Assembly: GCA_030390025.1 (NCBI GenBank)
Contig: CM059432.1
Location: 122,824,001-122,888,000, forward strand
DNA from: Squalus acanthias
Taxonomy: Eukaryota
Reading direction: 5' to 3'
Length of the DNA: 64,000 bases
Below are positions 14,165 through 26,739 of this stretch, piece by piece. A program made the translations under genes and the position numbers. Numbering within the stretch: position 1 is the stretch's first letter; each line of letters opens with the position of its first letter. The notes below the pieces were generated by a model. That model did not search any database, was not told the DNA's origin, and saw only the letters and a program-made list of their open reading frames with translations.

Positions 14165-14524
14165 AAGAAGAAAGACAAAGAACTTGCATTTATAAAGCAC
14201 CTTTCACAACCTCCGGACATCCTAACGCACTTTACAGCCAATGAAGTACTTTTGAAATGTAGTCACTGTCTGGAATGTAGGAAACGCGGCAGCCAATTTG
14301 CACACAGCAAGCTCCCACAAACAGCAGTGAGATAAATAGCCAGACAATTTTTTTTGGTTAGCGATGTTGGCTGAGGGATAAATGTTGGCCGGGACACCGG
14401 GAGAACTTTGCTCATCTTCTTCGAATTGTGCAATGGGATCCCTTACGTCCACCTGAGAGGGCACTTGGTTTAACGTCTCGTCAAAAGACGCCACCTCCGA
14501 CAGTGTAGCACTCCCTCAGTACTG
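14165..14524 (-). mobile_element. SacSINE1/DeuSINE-like SINE, 5'-truncated
   Basis: Homologous to 10722-11170. Confidence 0.7.
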
Positions 14525-15313
14525 TTTGCTTTTAAAAGGAATAATAGAATTTAATTCAAGAGGACAAAGGAGGTCATAGGAGACATTAGATGGGATCAAA
14601 GCCAGGCTACCAATACCCACCATATGTAACCAATCATATTTGCAAGCCCAGGCACAACTACCTGGCAGTGACCAAAGGGAACTATCTCCAAAGGCTCCAG
14701 GGCAGCAGGGAGGTAATTGTATAATGGAAATGGGATTACAGTAGATAGCACCAGTTGAAGAGCTAGAACCAGACAGACAAGATGGGCCAAATGGCCTCCT
14801 ACTGTGCTGTAATTACTGTGATAGCCAAGAAGATACTGTGTGTGATATTCCTTTGGTTGTGTGGGGGTCAAGACCTTACTGAAGTAGGATAGTACTAGTT
14901 CTCAGCTTGGGGAAGGCCTCCTGCTTCACCTTTCCTTCTGTCATAGGCAAGGATGTCCAGGGTTGCCTCCTGAAAGGGAGCAAAGCTTTTGATTTATGGT
15001 CCTCCCCCAGTTCAGGTTGGTTCCCTTGTATTATGTCCTATCCTGTCCTTCAGGCAGATTGTCTTGAAATGATACAAATTTAAGGAACACCAATAAAGTA
15101 TAATTTTCCAGCTTTGTACTGCTGGTGGGAAACCTTGCCCACAACAGGATGTTCATTGATTTAATCTGAGTTCTGAAATGCTAATTCTTGACATTAAATG
15201 ACGCATATTTGATATCCCATTTATCCAACAGGTCCCTGATGTTTTTTTTCTGAATATATCATGCATACTAACAGAAATACAAACAAATAAAAATGTAAAA
15301 TACCTGGCATAAT

Positions 15314-15756
15314 TGTCAGTTTGGCTCAGTTGGTAACACTCTAGCCTGAGTCAGAAGGTTGTGGGTTCAAGCCCGACCCTAGGCCTTGAGCACACAACAT
15401 AATCTGACAATTTATTGCAGCACTGCAGGAGCACTGCATTGTCGTAAGTGCTTTCTTTTGGATGAACCATTAGCCTGAGGCCCGGTCTGCCCATTCGGGT
15501 CGATGTAAGTAAATCCCATGGCATTATTTTAAGAAAGACAGGGAGTTCTGCCAGTGTCCTGGCCAACCTGCCTCCCTCATCGCCACCACAAAATCAAATG
15601 AATTGGTCATTCATCTCATCTGCTGTTTGCGGAATCTTGCTGTGCACAAAATGTGCCTAAATAATGACAGTGACTTCACTTCAAAAGTAATTAATTGGAT
15701 GTGAACCACTTTGGGACACCCTGAGGGTGTGATGAGGTGCTATATATGTACAAGTT
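15314..15756 (+). mobile_element. SacSINE1/DeuSINE-like SINE (diverged)
   Basis: A-box tggctcagttgg, B-box ggttcaagccc and conserved body. Confidence 0.65.
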
Positions 15757-16311
15757 TTTTCCATCTTAAAGTTTAAGGCAGTTTAACAAAAAGTCATGGG
15801 GGAGAAATCGGGCTCTGTAGCTGCCATTTTTTAGGTGCTAATCGGCCTCCTAAAGGTCGAAAATCAGGTCCTAGATATGCATGCACACTTCTGATGGGAA
15901 GTGCGCTGAACGCCATCTTGGTACAGTAGTTTGTGCGCGCACACCTAACGACTGCTGGCAGCATGCAGAGCAGGCAGAATATGATGTCAATCAGTGTGCA
16001 ATGCTGATTTTTCGCCCAGCGCTGCCATTTTCGAACACCACGCTCCAGCCAATGCCCTCTCTTGACCTCCCACAGCTGAACACGTGTTCACCAGCATGAA
16101 GGATCTCCACCAGCGCTACTTAAAGGGATCCGAACTACTTACAGGTTAGTTGCTGGATTATTTCTTCTGGCTGCTGATGAAATTCTACATGTTTTTGGAG
16201 CTTTCCTATAGTTGTCTAAAGTTTCAATAGCTTACAGGGAGTGGTCTGGCTGGTGCTGAAGTACTTTTCTGTTCATTTAAAAGCTTGTGCTGAAACAAGT
16301 TGCTTGCAGAC

Positions 16312-17510
16312 ATGGTTGGCCTGGTAGGGCTTCCTCTTGGAATTGAGCATAACTGGGAGAATGAAGAGAGGCCACGCAGAGCAGGACAAGCTGCTGGTAG
16401 AGGGAGGAGGAGCGAGGGGGGCGGGGGGTGGGGGAGAAAGGCTCTCAGCAGTAGGCCATATCCACTCAGGGTGTTCAGGGCGCAATTCTCTGACCTGAAC
16501 TTCAGCGAGGACCAATGCTTGAGATGTCTTCGCTTCACTAACAAGATTGTGATTGAAATCTGCCAACTGCTGCAGCCACAACTGCAACCTCAAAGTAGGG
16601 CAAGGAACACAATGCCTAGGGCTGTCAAAGTGACCATGGCTCTTAATTTTTATGTGTCTGGTTCCTTCTAGGCTGTTGCTGGAGATATAAGCAACATCTT
16701 GCAGTTTGCAGTGCGCTGCTGCACAAGGGAGGTCACTGAGGCTCTCTACACAAAGAGAGACAGCTTCATCTCATTCCCTCTTGCCAGAGGCATGCAGGCG
16801 GAGCGAGCACAAGAGTTTGCTCGGATTGCAGGCTTCTCCATAGTGCAGGGAGCCAGTGACTCCACGCACATTGCCTTGCGTGAGCCTCACGTCAACGCTG
16901 CCATTTTCCGGAACCGAGAGGGATTCCACTCCATCAATGTGCAGCTTTTGTGTGACCACAGGGAGTGCATCATGCAGGTGAATGCCTGTTATCCTGGCAG
17001 TAGTCACGATTCATTCATTCTGTGGCAGTCCTCTGTGCCAGCTGTATTTGACCCACCACGGCAAGTCAAAGGGTGGCTACTGGGTGACAAGGGTTGTCCA
17101 CTCATGACATGGCTCATGACTCCGGTCTGGAACCCACACACAAGTGCACAGCAGGCCTACAGTGAGAGCCATGCTGCCACAAGGAACATTATAGAGCACA
17201 CCATCGGTGTCCTCAAGCAACACTTCCGCTGCCTGGACCGCTCTGGAGGAGCCCTGCAGTACTCAGCTGAGCGGGTATCAAGATTTGTGGTGTTTTGCTG
17301 CATGCTGCACAACCTGGCCATCGTGAGGGAACAGCCCTTGCCACCACCTATCAGGCGAGAAGCTGAGGAACAGGAGCACAAGGAAGAGGAGGAGGAGGAA
17401 GTGAAGGAGGAGGACGTGCAACAGGAAGTGGAGCAACTGGAAGAGGAAGGGAGGCGGCAACTTAGACAGCCCCTTTCTGCCCGGGCTCTATGCGATCAAA
17501 TAATTCATGC
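16312..17510 (+). pseudogene. Harbinger transposase pseudogene
   Basis: ORFs 16300-16671 and 16699-17568 are in frame across TAG 16669. Motifs NREGFHSINVQ, HDSFIL, LLGDKG and CCMLHN. Confidence 0.88.
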
Positions 17511-17680
17511 ACCTCACCACCTCCATTCACCAACAGTCCCACACTCCTTACCTTTCCTCTGTCACTGACCATCACATTGTCCTCTTTCCGACAACACAAA
17601 AAAAATAAAAGCCACCAGAAAATGCAAATTCCAATCCAAATTTATAAATTAAATCACCACATAATGCAATAAAAAATAAA

Positions 17681-20600
17681 CTAATCACCCTTGTGCCTCC
17701 TCTTAGTACCTGTCTTCTGTGTGCCTTTGCCTGTCCTATTGCTCCTATGAGGTGCTTCCCCAGTGGCTGCAGCATGGGTGGTGGAAGGCTGTTGACCATC
17801 AATTGAGGAGACTGCAGATGACCTTGGAGGGCGACCTCGAGCAGCTCTGGGCCTAGAGGGCCTGGTTTCAGACTGCACCATCTCAGCCTGGGCTGCAGCA
17901 GTCTGGGCTGACTGACAGGCAACAGCAAGGACACTGGCCGAGTGGCAGGGGTGGGAGCAGGAATGCTCTCATCCTGAGAGAGGACAACAGGCTCGTGCTC
18001 CATGGAGACACTGCCAACTCTCCTGGGGTGGCGCCTCAGCAATCCTAGAAATCTGTTGGAGAACAGATTGATGGACTGCTGTGATGCTCTGGAAGCTCCT
18101 TTGAACACTGGTATCCAGAGTCATGAGTGGCAGAAGTCTGAGCTTCCACTGCAGCACTCAGACCTTTGATGGAGGCTACTTATGCTGCAATGGAACCTGT
18201 GACATCAGCCATCAGACGCTGCATCATGGTGGGTTCCACAGGTGTGCTGATGGAGGTGGCCACCCATTCCATGCTGGAAAGGATGGGTTCCAAGCTCTGC
18301 GCAAAGCCCTGTGTCAAGTTGGTGCTGAACTCCTCCCTGCTCCTTGACATTGAGCACAGGCTTTCTGGCAGGCTTTCCAGTGTACCAAGCAGTTGGGTGT
18401 GTACACCCATCAGCCTTCTTCTGTAGCCTAGCCCATCAAAGTCCTCATCTGAGCCCTCTGCAGCAGAACTAGTGTGCGACCTCGACCTCCGGCGAGTTAG
18501 CACTTGCACTATCCTTTCACCTCACCCTGGCTCCTGCACACTTATGCCTGGTGTCTCATCACGTTTAGATCCCTCCTCATCCTCTCCTCTAAAATACGCG
18601 CAATGTCAGTTTCTGAGCTGGTGGCTGTAGTGTAAAATTGAGTGATGGTGTCTCTTCATCTTAACTGTCTTTTTCCTCTTCCTCCCCTGCCTGGGCAGGT
18701 TCCAATTCTTGGGTATCTGAAATGAGAAAGGGACAAGGGTTGGGGTGTGGTGAGGGGAGAGGAGAAAGTAAGAAGTGTGTGTTTATACCCTCTGCAGCCT
18801 CTCACTCAGAAGAGATTGCGGGATAGGGGAGAAGTGGGATGAGAGGAGGAGCATTAGTTATGCAGATACCCTCATCATCGATTAATTCGGCTCCACCAGT
18901 GGCCACGGCCTCAGCGATGCCCCTTCCCATGATGGCCAGCACTGTCTCCTCTATAGGGGTTAAAACATGCAGGCGCGCTTGTCCTCCTCCAGTTCTTTGC
19001 TGCTGCCTGCTGTTATGCATCACCTTCTCCTACAAGAAAGAGGGAAGTGTGTCAGTGAGTTATCCTGCAGTATGTTTGGGTGATGTGGCTGTCATGGTTG
19101 AATATCTGCCAGTGTGTGTGAGTTGTGGGTGTGAGACTTGCCACAGTGCTAAGTGTGTGAGGGTGAGGTGAAGCATATGAATTTTAGGGTTGAGTACTGA
19201 TTGATAGAGATTGTTGGTAGGTTGGGGATGGGGTATGGTGAAATGAGCAGTGGCTGAGGCTAGTGGTGCAGTTCGTAGAATATGGCCTTTGAAGATTAAC
19301 TCACTCACCTTGAAAACTCGTGAGATCATTAAACTACATTTTTTTAAATTATTTTTTTATGGGATGCGGGCGTCGCTGGCAAGGCCAGCATTTATTGCCC
19401 ATCCCTAATTGCCGTCGAGAAGGTGGTGTGCTGCCTTCTTGAACCACTGCAGTCCGTGTGGTGAAGGTACACAGTGCTGTTAGGTAGGGAGGTCCAGGAT
19501 TTTGACCCAGCGACGCTGAAGGATCGGCGATATACTTCTAAGTCAGGATGGTGTGTGACTTGGAGGGGAACTTGGAGGTGGTGGTGTTCCCATGCGTCTG
19601 CTGCCCTTGTCCTTCTAGGTGGAAGAGGTCGTGGGTTTGGGAGGTGCTGCCGAAGAAGTCTTGGCGAGTTGCTGCAGTGCATCTTGTAGATGGTACACAC
19701 TGCAGCCATGGTACGCCGGTGGTGGAGGGAGTGGATGTTTAAGGTGGCAGAGGGGGAGCCAATCAAGCGGGCTGCTTTGTCCTGGATGGTGTCGAGCTTC
19801 TTGAGTGTTGTTGGAGCTCCACTCATCCAGGCAAGTGGAGAGTATTCCTTCACACTCCTTACTTGTGCCTTGTAGATGGTAGAAAGGCTTTGGGGAGTCA
19901 GGAGGTGAGACACTCGCCGCAGAATACCTAGCCTCTGACCTGCTCTTGTTGCCACAATATTTATGTGGCTGGTCCAGTTAAGTTTCTGGTCAATGATGAC
20001 CCTCAGAATGTTGATGGTGGGGGATTCGGTGATGGTAATGCCATTGAATGTCAAGGGGTGGTGTTTAGACTCTCGCTTGTTCGAGATAATCATTGCCTGG
20101 CACTTCTGTGGCGCGAATGTTACCTGCCACTTATCAGCCCAAGCCTGAATGTTGTCCAGGTCTTGTTGCATGCGGGCATGGACTGCTTCATTATCTGTGG
20201 AGTTGTGAATGGCACTGAACACTGTGCAGTCATCAGCGAACATCCCCATTTCTGACCTTATGTTGGAGGGAAGGTCATTGATGAAGCAGCTGAAGATGGT
20301 TGGGCCTAGGACACTGTCCTGAGGAACTCCTGCAGCGATGTCCTTAGGCTGTGATGATTGACCTTCAATCACCACAACCATCTTCCTTTGTGCTAGGTAT
20401 GACTCTAGTCAGTGGAAAGTTTTCCGCCCAATTCCCATTGACTTCAGTTTTATTAGGGCTCCTTCATGCCACACTCGGTCAAATGCTGCCTTGATGTAAA
20501 GGACATTCACTCTCACCTCACCTCTGGAATTCAGCTCCTTTGTCCATGTTTGGACCAAGGCTGTAATGAGGTCGGCAGCTGAGTGGTCTTGGCGGAACCC

Positions 20601-21058
20601 AAACTGAGCATCAGTGAGCAGGTTATTGGTGCGTAAGTGCCGCTTGATAGCACTGTCGATGACACCTTCCATCACTTTGCTGATGATTGAGAGTAGACTG
20701 ATTGGGCGGTAGTTGGCCGGATTGGATTTGTCCTGCTTTTTGTGGACAGGGCATACCTGGGCAGTTTTCCACATTGTCGGATAGATGCCAGTGTTGTAGC
20801 TGTACTGGAACAGCTTGGCTAGAGGCGCGGCTAGTTCTGGAACACAAGTCTTCCTGCACTGCATCCATGTTCTTGGAGCTATACTATTGACATTGACTTC
20901 GCCGCTATCTCTTCCCACTGCCTCTTGAGCATTTGTATGCAGGGCCTCCTGCCCCCCTGCGGATACAGGACATCTCTCCTCCGTTCCACCTCTTCCACCA
21001 AGACCTCCAGTGCAGTGTCCGAAAATCTTGGTGCTCGCTCTCTCGCATGTTCAGTCAT
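17681..21058 (-). pseudogene. Harbinger Myb/SANT gene, 3 exons, exon 1 split by a LINE
   Basis: Exon 1 reads MTEHARERAPRFSDTALEVLV...WMQCRK, then the LINE, then FNDLTRVFK followed by a gtgagt donor. Exon 2 reads HNSRQQQRTGGG. Exon 3 is homologous to 43292-44272. Confidence 0.8.
19338..20850 (-). mobile_element. 5'-truncated CR1/L2-group LINE (RT domain)
   Basis: Motifs NYRPISLLS, AAFDRVWH, GVPQDSVLGP and FADD. The 3' tail gggatgggcaataaatgc is shared with 1866-1960 and 26944-27270. Confidence 0.9.
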
Positions 21059-21899
21059 TGCTCAAACTATCAGAGCACAGATTCAGTTTTTAAATAACTC
21101 CCACCACTTGTTGCAGCCACAATGCAGGCTGCCTTTAAGTAGCGCTAGCCACTTGCGTTATTGAGCCCCTGATGTGTGCAGCCAATGAACAGCGCGGGGA
21201 GCACGGGCTGCATGCAGCAATCATTTAAAAGAGCAGGCAGCATCAATTTAATGTGCTGCCTGCAATGCTATGAACATTCTGCCCAACTGGTCTATGCCGG
21301 TGTTTATGCTCCACACGAGCCTCCTCCCACCCCATGTCATATCATAGAATCATACAGTAGAGAAGGAGGCCATTTAGCCCATTGTGCCTGTGCCGGCTCT
21401 TTGAAAGACCTATCCAATTTGTTGAGGTTCCCCCCTGCTCTTGCCCCATATTAAATCTCCCCTTAACCTTCTCCGCTCTAAGGAGAGCAATCCCAGCTTC
21501 TGTAGTCTCTCCACATAATTGTAGTCTCTCATCCCTGGTACCGTTCTCGTAAATCTCCACTGCACCCTCTCCGTGACCTTGACATCCTTCCTCCAACTCA
21601 GTGAGCAATGCCACTGGAGAGTCTGCTGGTATTGAGTAAACTTGCAATGTAGAATATTATAAATGAGTGTAGTATTATGAACATTACCAATACTTGTTCA
21701 ACAACATTGTTGAGCCATGGTATCTTATGATGGTGCACAAGCGTTACAGTAGTCAATGTCCAGCCTAAGAGTGTTGCCAAAGAAGCAAACCGATCCTAAT
21801 GCAGAAATTCCGTCTGCCAAAATTCAGTTCTAATTTCCTACCCCTCTAATGAAACTACTTGCCCTTGAATTAACTTCACCTATTTCACTTTTGCCTCTT

Positions 21900-22200
21900 T
21901 TTCATCTCACCCTATCAGCATATCCTTCTATTCCTTTCTCCCTCGTGTACTTTTCCAGCTTCTCCTTAAATGCATCCAAGCTATTCGTCTCAACTGCTCC
22001 CTGTGGTAGCAAGTTCCACATTCTAACCACTCTCTGGGTAAAGTAGGTTCTCATGAAATCCTTATTGGATTTATTGGTGACTCTCTTATATTTATGGCCC
22101 CTACTTTTGGACTGCCTCACTAGTGGAATCATCTTTTCTACGTCTACCCTATCAAACCCTTCATAAATTTAAAGACCTCTATTCGGTCACCCCTCAACCT
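21900..22200 (-). mobile_element. CR1 LINE 3' fragment
   Basis: Reads SRGH...FTQRVVRMWNLLP...FKEKL, the CR1 ORF2 C-terminus. Confidence 0.75.
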
Positions 22201-23406
22201 TTCATCTTTGGTTACACGCTTCATTCTCTGTACTGTTCTCTTTTCTAATTGGTTATTTTCTATTTTTGCTATTCACCAATTATATACCACAACTGGGGAG
22301 ATTTCTTCCCAATTTCCATTCTCTCCCCTCTGGCATTCCAGCCAAATAATCTGAGGTACAGCTGCCACAATGACTCCTCATCCACTCGAGTACATTACCC
22401 TAAAAATAAAAGTTAACACTGAGACAAACACATAAAATAAATCACAAACTTATCGATAAACTTGGCTTCAACAACTCCCACTCCCTCTAGGCAGGTAAAT
22501 GGAATTGAGGTACCGATCAGCCACGATCAAACCGAATGGTGGAGCAGGCTCGAGGGGCTGAATGGCCCACTCCCGCTCCCATGCTCCTATGACAGTTCTG
22601 GGCCTCACCTGGGCCTCTGAACAGACTGGACTCTGGGTGAACTCTCTCCTCATATACTATACGATCACCATCAGGCCAGCTGACTCCCACATACTGAAGT
22701 CCAGTGTAGGGACCACTATGAACAAACAAAAGGCACATCTGCAGGAGCTTCCCTCTGATATAACAGACTATAATACCAAGGACCATGTATATTGATATTT
22801 TCGATGCGGTTTGAAGAATAGTTTAATAATATATTCTCACAAAGCCTATGATTTCAGTAAATTGTGTTGTTATACGTACTAATGACACATAAAGCTGTCA
22901 ACTTTATTGTACACGCAGTCACCCTGAAAGCACAGAAAATGGAAAGAGAAATAAAGAGAAGGAAAGAAAGACTGGATTGAGAGAGAAAAAAGAGACAGAA
23001 AGGAAAAGTAAAAAAAAAATGTGAAACATTTTAAATTTAACATTTTTAAAATCTCCTAAAACAATTCACAACCTGAAGGAATGAGAATCCACACTTTCCG
23101 GGCCAGAGAGGTTGACTGGCAGTCATTAACAATGATCACTTTGTTAAAAGGGTACTTACACTGTTAATTACTGGACTTAACTTTCTGTGGCGTGTTTAAT
23201 GGTCAATTACTGTGCAAATGTAGCAACATTTGTGAAACTCACGGGGAGTTTAAGGACAAGATGCCATTTTCGCGAAGTTAACGGCGGAACATCGCAAATC
23301 GGCCAGCAATTTGAGACGATTCGCAATTCACAGGGTCTCTCTCCCTCACCACAAGCCGCCGGCCAATTTGGGCATTAATAACGAACTGCGTTGTTCAGAC
23401 AGCATT

Positions 23407-23655
23407 GGCCCGGATATTCCGATCCCTACGGGTGGGTACGCGCTGTGTACCCACCCGTAGGGACATCGGAAATACCGGTTTCAGGCATGCACTGCGCATG
23501 TGCTGAAAACCAGCATTTCCGATCTGTCAAGAATGCTCTTGACAGATCCTCCGGCTGCCCGGGAGAAGGGCCTCTGCGGGCAGATAGTTCCACTTTTTGT
23601 AGACCCTCCGCCCGCAGAAAACACTTACAATTCTTACGCCTGGAAAATACGGGCC
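23407..23655. mobile_element. Short Harbinger-type MITE
   Basis: TIRs ggcccggatattcc / ggaaaatacgggcc with ATT on both sides. Confidence 0.7.
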
Positions 23656-23658
23656 ATT

Positions 23659-24425
23659 GGCCCAGAAATTGGACATCGATGGTTGCCGCGGGGGTAAGGA
23701 TCCCCCGCGATATCGCACTCCGCGCCTGCCTTTATGGTTTTGGCCCACACGAACTTCAGTTCCTGGGCCTCTCCCTGGTGCCGGCGCGCAGTGTGTGTGT
23801 GTCCCAGAGGCGCAGTTAGTTCGATGCGACCTCTGGGATCACGTGGGCCAGTTAGAGCCAATGGCAGCACACCATCTTTCATTCATAGTTTTGACAGGAA
23901 GAGCTGTCAAAGCTATGAATACAACTTGCCCCCAAAAGAACAGCTAAACCGCAATTAAATTTTAAATAAAAACCATCACATTAATAAAATAACTATAGTT
24001 AAATAAATTAACCACTTTAAACAAAAATTTAAATTTTTGAAAAAATTTAAATTCTTTTTAAAAGTTACAAAAATAAACTTACCTTTCTTTAAAGACTCTA
24101 AAAAAGATAAACCTGCTGAAAAAATTTTAAAATAATACTTAATTAACTACTTACCTTGTTAAAAGGGGGTCTTACGCCTGCTTTCTTCATGTGTAAAATC
24201 TTCAATACTGACCTTCGCGTTCAAACCTGAAAAAAAAAACTAGGTGTGCTGCGTGCGCACAGCCTGTAGCGCACACGCGGTTCACTTAGGAACTGCCCCC
24301 TTCGCAATATCGGAAGTGCTGGTTTCCCGCGCATGCGCAGTGCATGCAGGAAACCGGCACTTCGGGACCGAATATGGGTGAGTACACAGTGCGTACTCTC
24401 CCGTATTCGGACGAATTTCTGGGCC
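23659..24425. mobile_element. Harbinger-type MITE (family of 12557-13297)
   Basis: TIRs ggcccagaaatt / aatttctgggcc with ATT/AAT flanks. The AT-rich core matches 12557-13297. Confidence 0.8.
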
Positions 24426-25235
24426 AATATCTTTTCAGCAAAATCTGACCCAATGTGTGGTGGAGCTGACACACGGGCTGCTGAAAGTCTGCCATCTGCT
24501 GGATACCAGTGGTAGTGCAGCAGTCTTTTCACGTGGGGAAATCGCTTCAGGTTGCTGCAGCAAGCCAAATATGGCAGATAGAGAGAAAAAGAAAAGGAAA
24601 TAGGACATGAGAGAAAGAAGACAAAGGAGAGAACAAGAATAGGACAAAAAGAGAAAGTGAAAGAGTGAGAGCACTGAGAAGTGGTTCTTTACAAAAATGT
24701 TTAATATGTGATTTGAATAAAATTACACATTTTAAAATATTCAATTAGCAATTTATAATAGTTTATCTGCACGTCCCGGTATCCTCATTAATAGGTTCCC
24801 TGTGGGTCTCATGATCCCCATTAAGGTTTCCGACTCTACTGATCTCAAATCTGGTCAGTTTTGAATGCTGGCAGTGTGGCTGGTCAGAGAGAGAGAAACA
24901 AGTTGAATGTCTCCACAGCAACTTATTTTCTGCTTGGCGCCCGTTCACAATCCAGAATCTTACCGAGTAAATCCATCCCCAGCCAAAGATTTCCTGGGGC
25001 CCACAGACTGGTTGCTTTCTTTTAATCTCATCATTGTCTGGGCCCCTCAGAAATTTATGTGATGCCAATAAATTAAAGATTTTCTCACAGTCTTTGATTC
25101 GTCCATTGGACTGAGACCAACCAAGTATCTCAGAGCATTACTGGAGCATCTTATTGGTCAGTTTAGCTCCCTCTCACCTACCCCTTCCCTCCTCAGTACG
25201 TGCAATTACATTTTCTGTTTCCAGTTTTATATTTA

Positions 25236-25330
25236 AGCCGATGAAAGGTCATCGACTTGAAACGTTAACTCTGTTTCTCGCTCCACAGATGCTGCCTGAC
25301 CTGCTGAGAGTTTCCAGCAGCTTCTGTCCT
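25236..25330 (+). mobile_element. Penelope-like terminal remnant with a degenerate hammerhead ribozyme core
   Basis: Sequence ccgatga-a-aggtc-atc-gactt-gaaac-gtt, followed by cacagatgctgcctgacctgctgag. Confidence 0.55.
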
Positions 25331-26739
25331 TATTTTGTATTTAAGCTGCCGGGCTAAGACCTTTACTGACGGTTTTCCATATTCCCAGTCCGGCAGGCTC
25401 AGCCGACAGAGATTCTCATTCATTGCGCTTCACCAGCTTCTTCTTCGCTCTGTGAGTTTCACTCAATGGGCTGCGTCGCTCCGGAGACCTGATGTCCTTT
25501 TATTTAAGGGTTCTTTTTTGTGCCTTTGACCCTTTAATCAGTGCAAGCGCTGACTCAATTTCTTTTCGTATAAAATATAACGAAAGGATCAAAATGCCCT
25601 TATTGGAGATTGCTTCATCTGTTGCAATATCAATGGAGTGGCTGACTGGCTGTAAGATGATTTAAGGAGAACACGGGCCTGAGCGTTAACTTGAACATTC
25701 AGTCATAATTAAGGTTTTCGTGGTTTTTTGGGTAATGATTCTAGAGCTGTTATTCACAGCTTAACAGAAATTCACTTAAAAGTTTCCTGCTCTCATGGAT
25801 GGTCTAAAGTTGAGACACTTTAAACCACAGGCAAACTAATTTAATTTACCAATATTTACCACGATCAGTTGTGGCTTAAAAATGGATATGGGGTGATAAT
25901 CTTGAGAGCCCATGCAGCTCCCCCACAGCACCCTGTATAGTCTTTGTTTTAAACTGTTCTTTCTCTGGGGGTTCAGGCTTACCCCCTCCTCCCCCCACCC
26001 CCCATCGGTGGAGCCCTCTTGTGCCCTTCCGGTGGCGAGTACATTTCATCTTTCTTGGCATGCCGGCCGGTAATGTTACGTTGGCTTCTTTCTGAGCCGG
26101 GGCAACAGGAACTCCCAACCCCTGCTCTGTCCTCTTGGCATCATTGGCCTTTTGAAGGGTGGCAGAGGTTCTGCCCCTTATTAGGACCAGGAACTCCCAC
26201 CGCATTGACGGAAACCCGGCGGATCTGGGTCCCCACCTTTTTTCTGATATTTGCACCGGAGTCAGGGCAGGAATCAACACATTTACATTGACACTTGTTA
26301 ATCCTTCAGATTAGATACTGTCACCACACAGCAACAATACAGGGCTTTCTAGATGTTGGTGTTCATCATGACAGAGACTGACAGCAAAAAAAGACAGAGC
26401 CAAAAGAAAAACAACCATCCATGAATTGGAGGGTTAATCTTCACAGGGTTCAGACAAGTGAAGTCCATCTTGAATCTCATATTAATGAGATCACTGTTTT
26501 CTATTTTCATATACAATACACTTATGCATAAAATTCAATTCAAATTCTGAAGTTTCAGCTAATTTTTCAATTTATATACAAACAAAAATTATAATAGAAA
26601 TACGTCCAACTTAGGGCGCTAACGGGAGGCGCAAAGCAACCGAATTTTTAGGCCACTGTATTACTTGCAAGGCAGTCATGTGGCCTAAGAAGTGTAAAAG
26701 TGAAATCAATACTTAATAAAGTTGTTTCATACACTGAAT

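Larger units (their letters stand above)
15798..21265. mobile_element. Decayed Harbinger with transposase (+) and Myb gene (-); right TIR not found
   Basis: Left end gggggagaaatc. Convergent genes with the same layout as 42144-46239. Confidence 0.8.

Noticed and set aside
24760..25520. Possible host exons on the minus strand (TATA-like site, ATGAATGAG..., polypyrimidine-AG)
   Set aside because: There is no recognisable protein and no consistent donor/acceptor chain.
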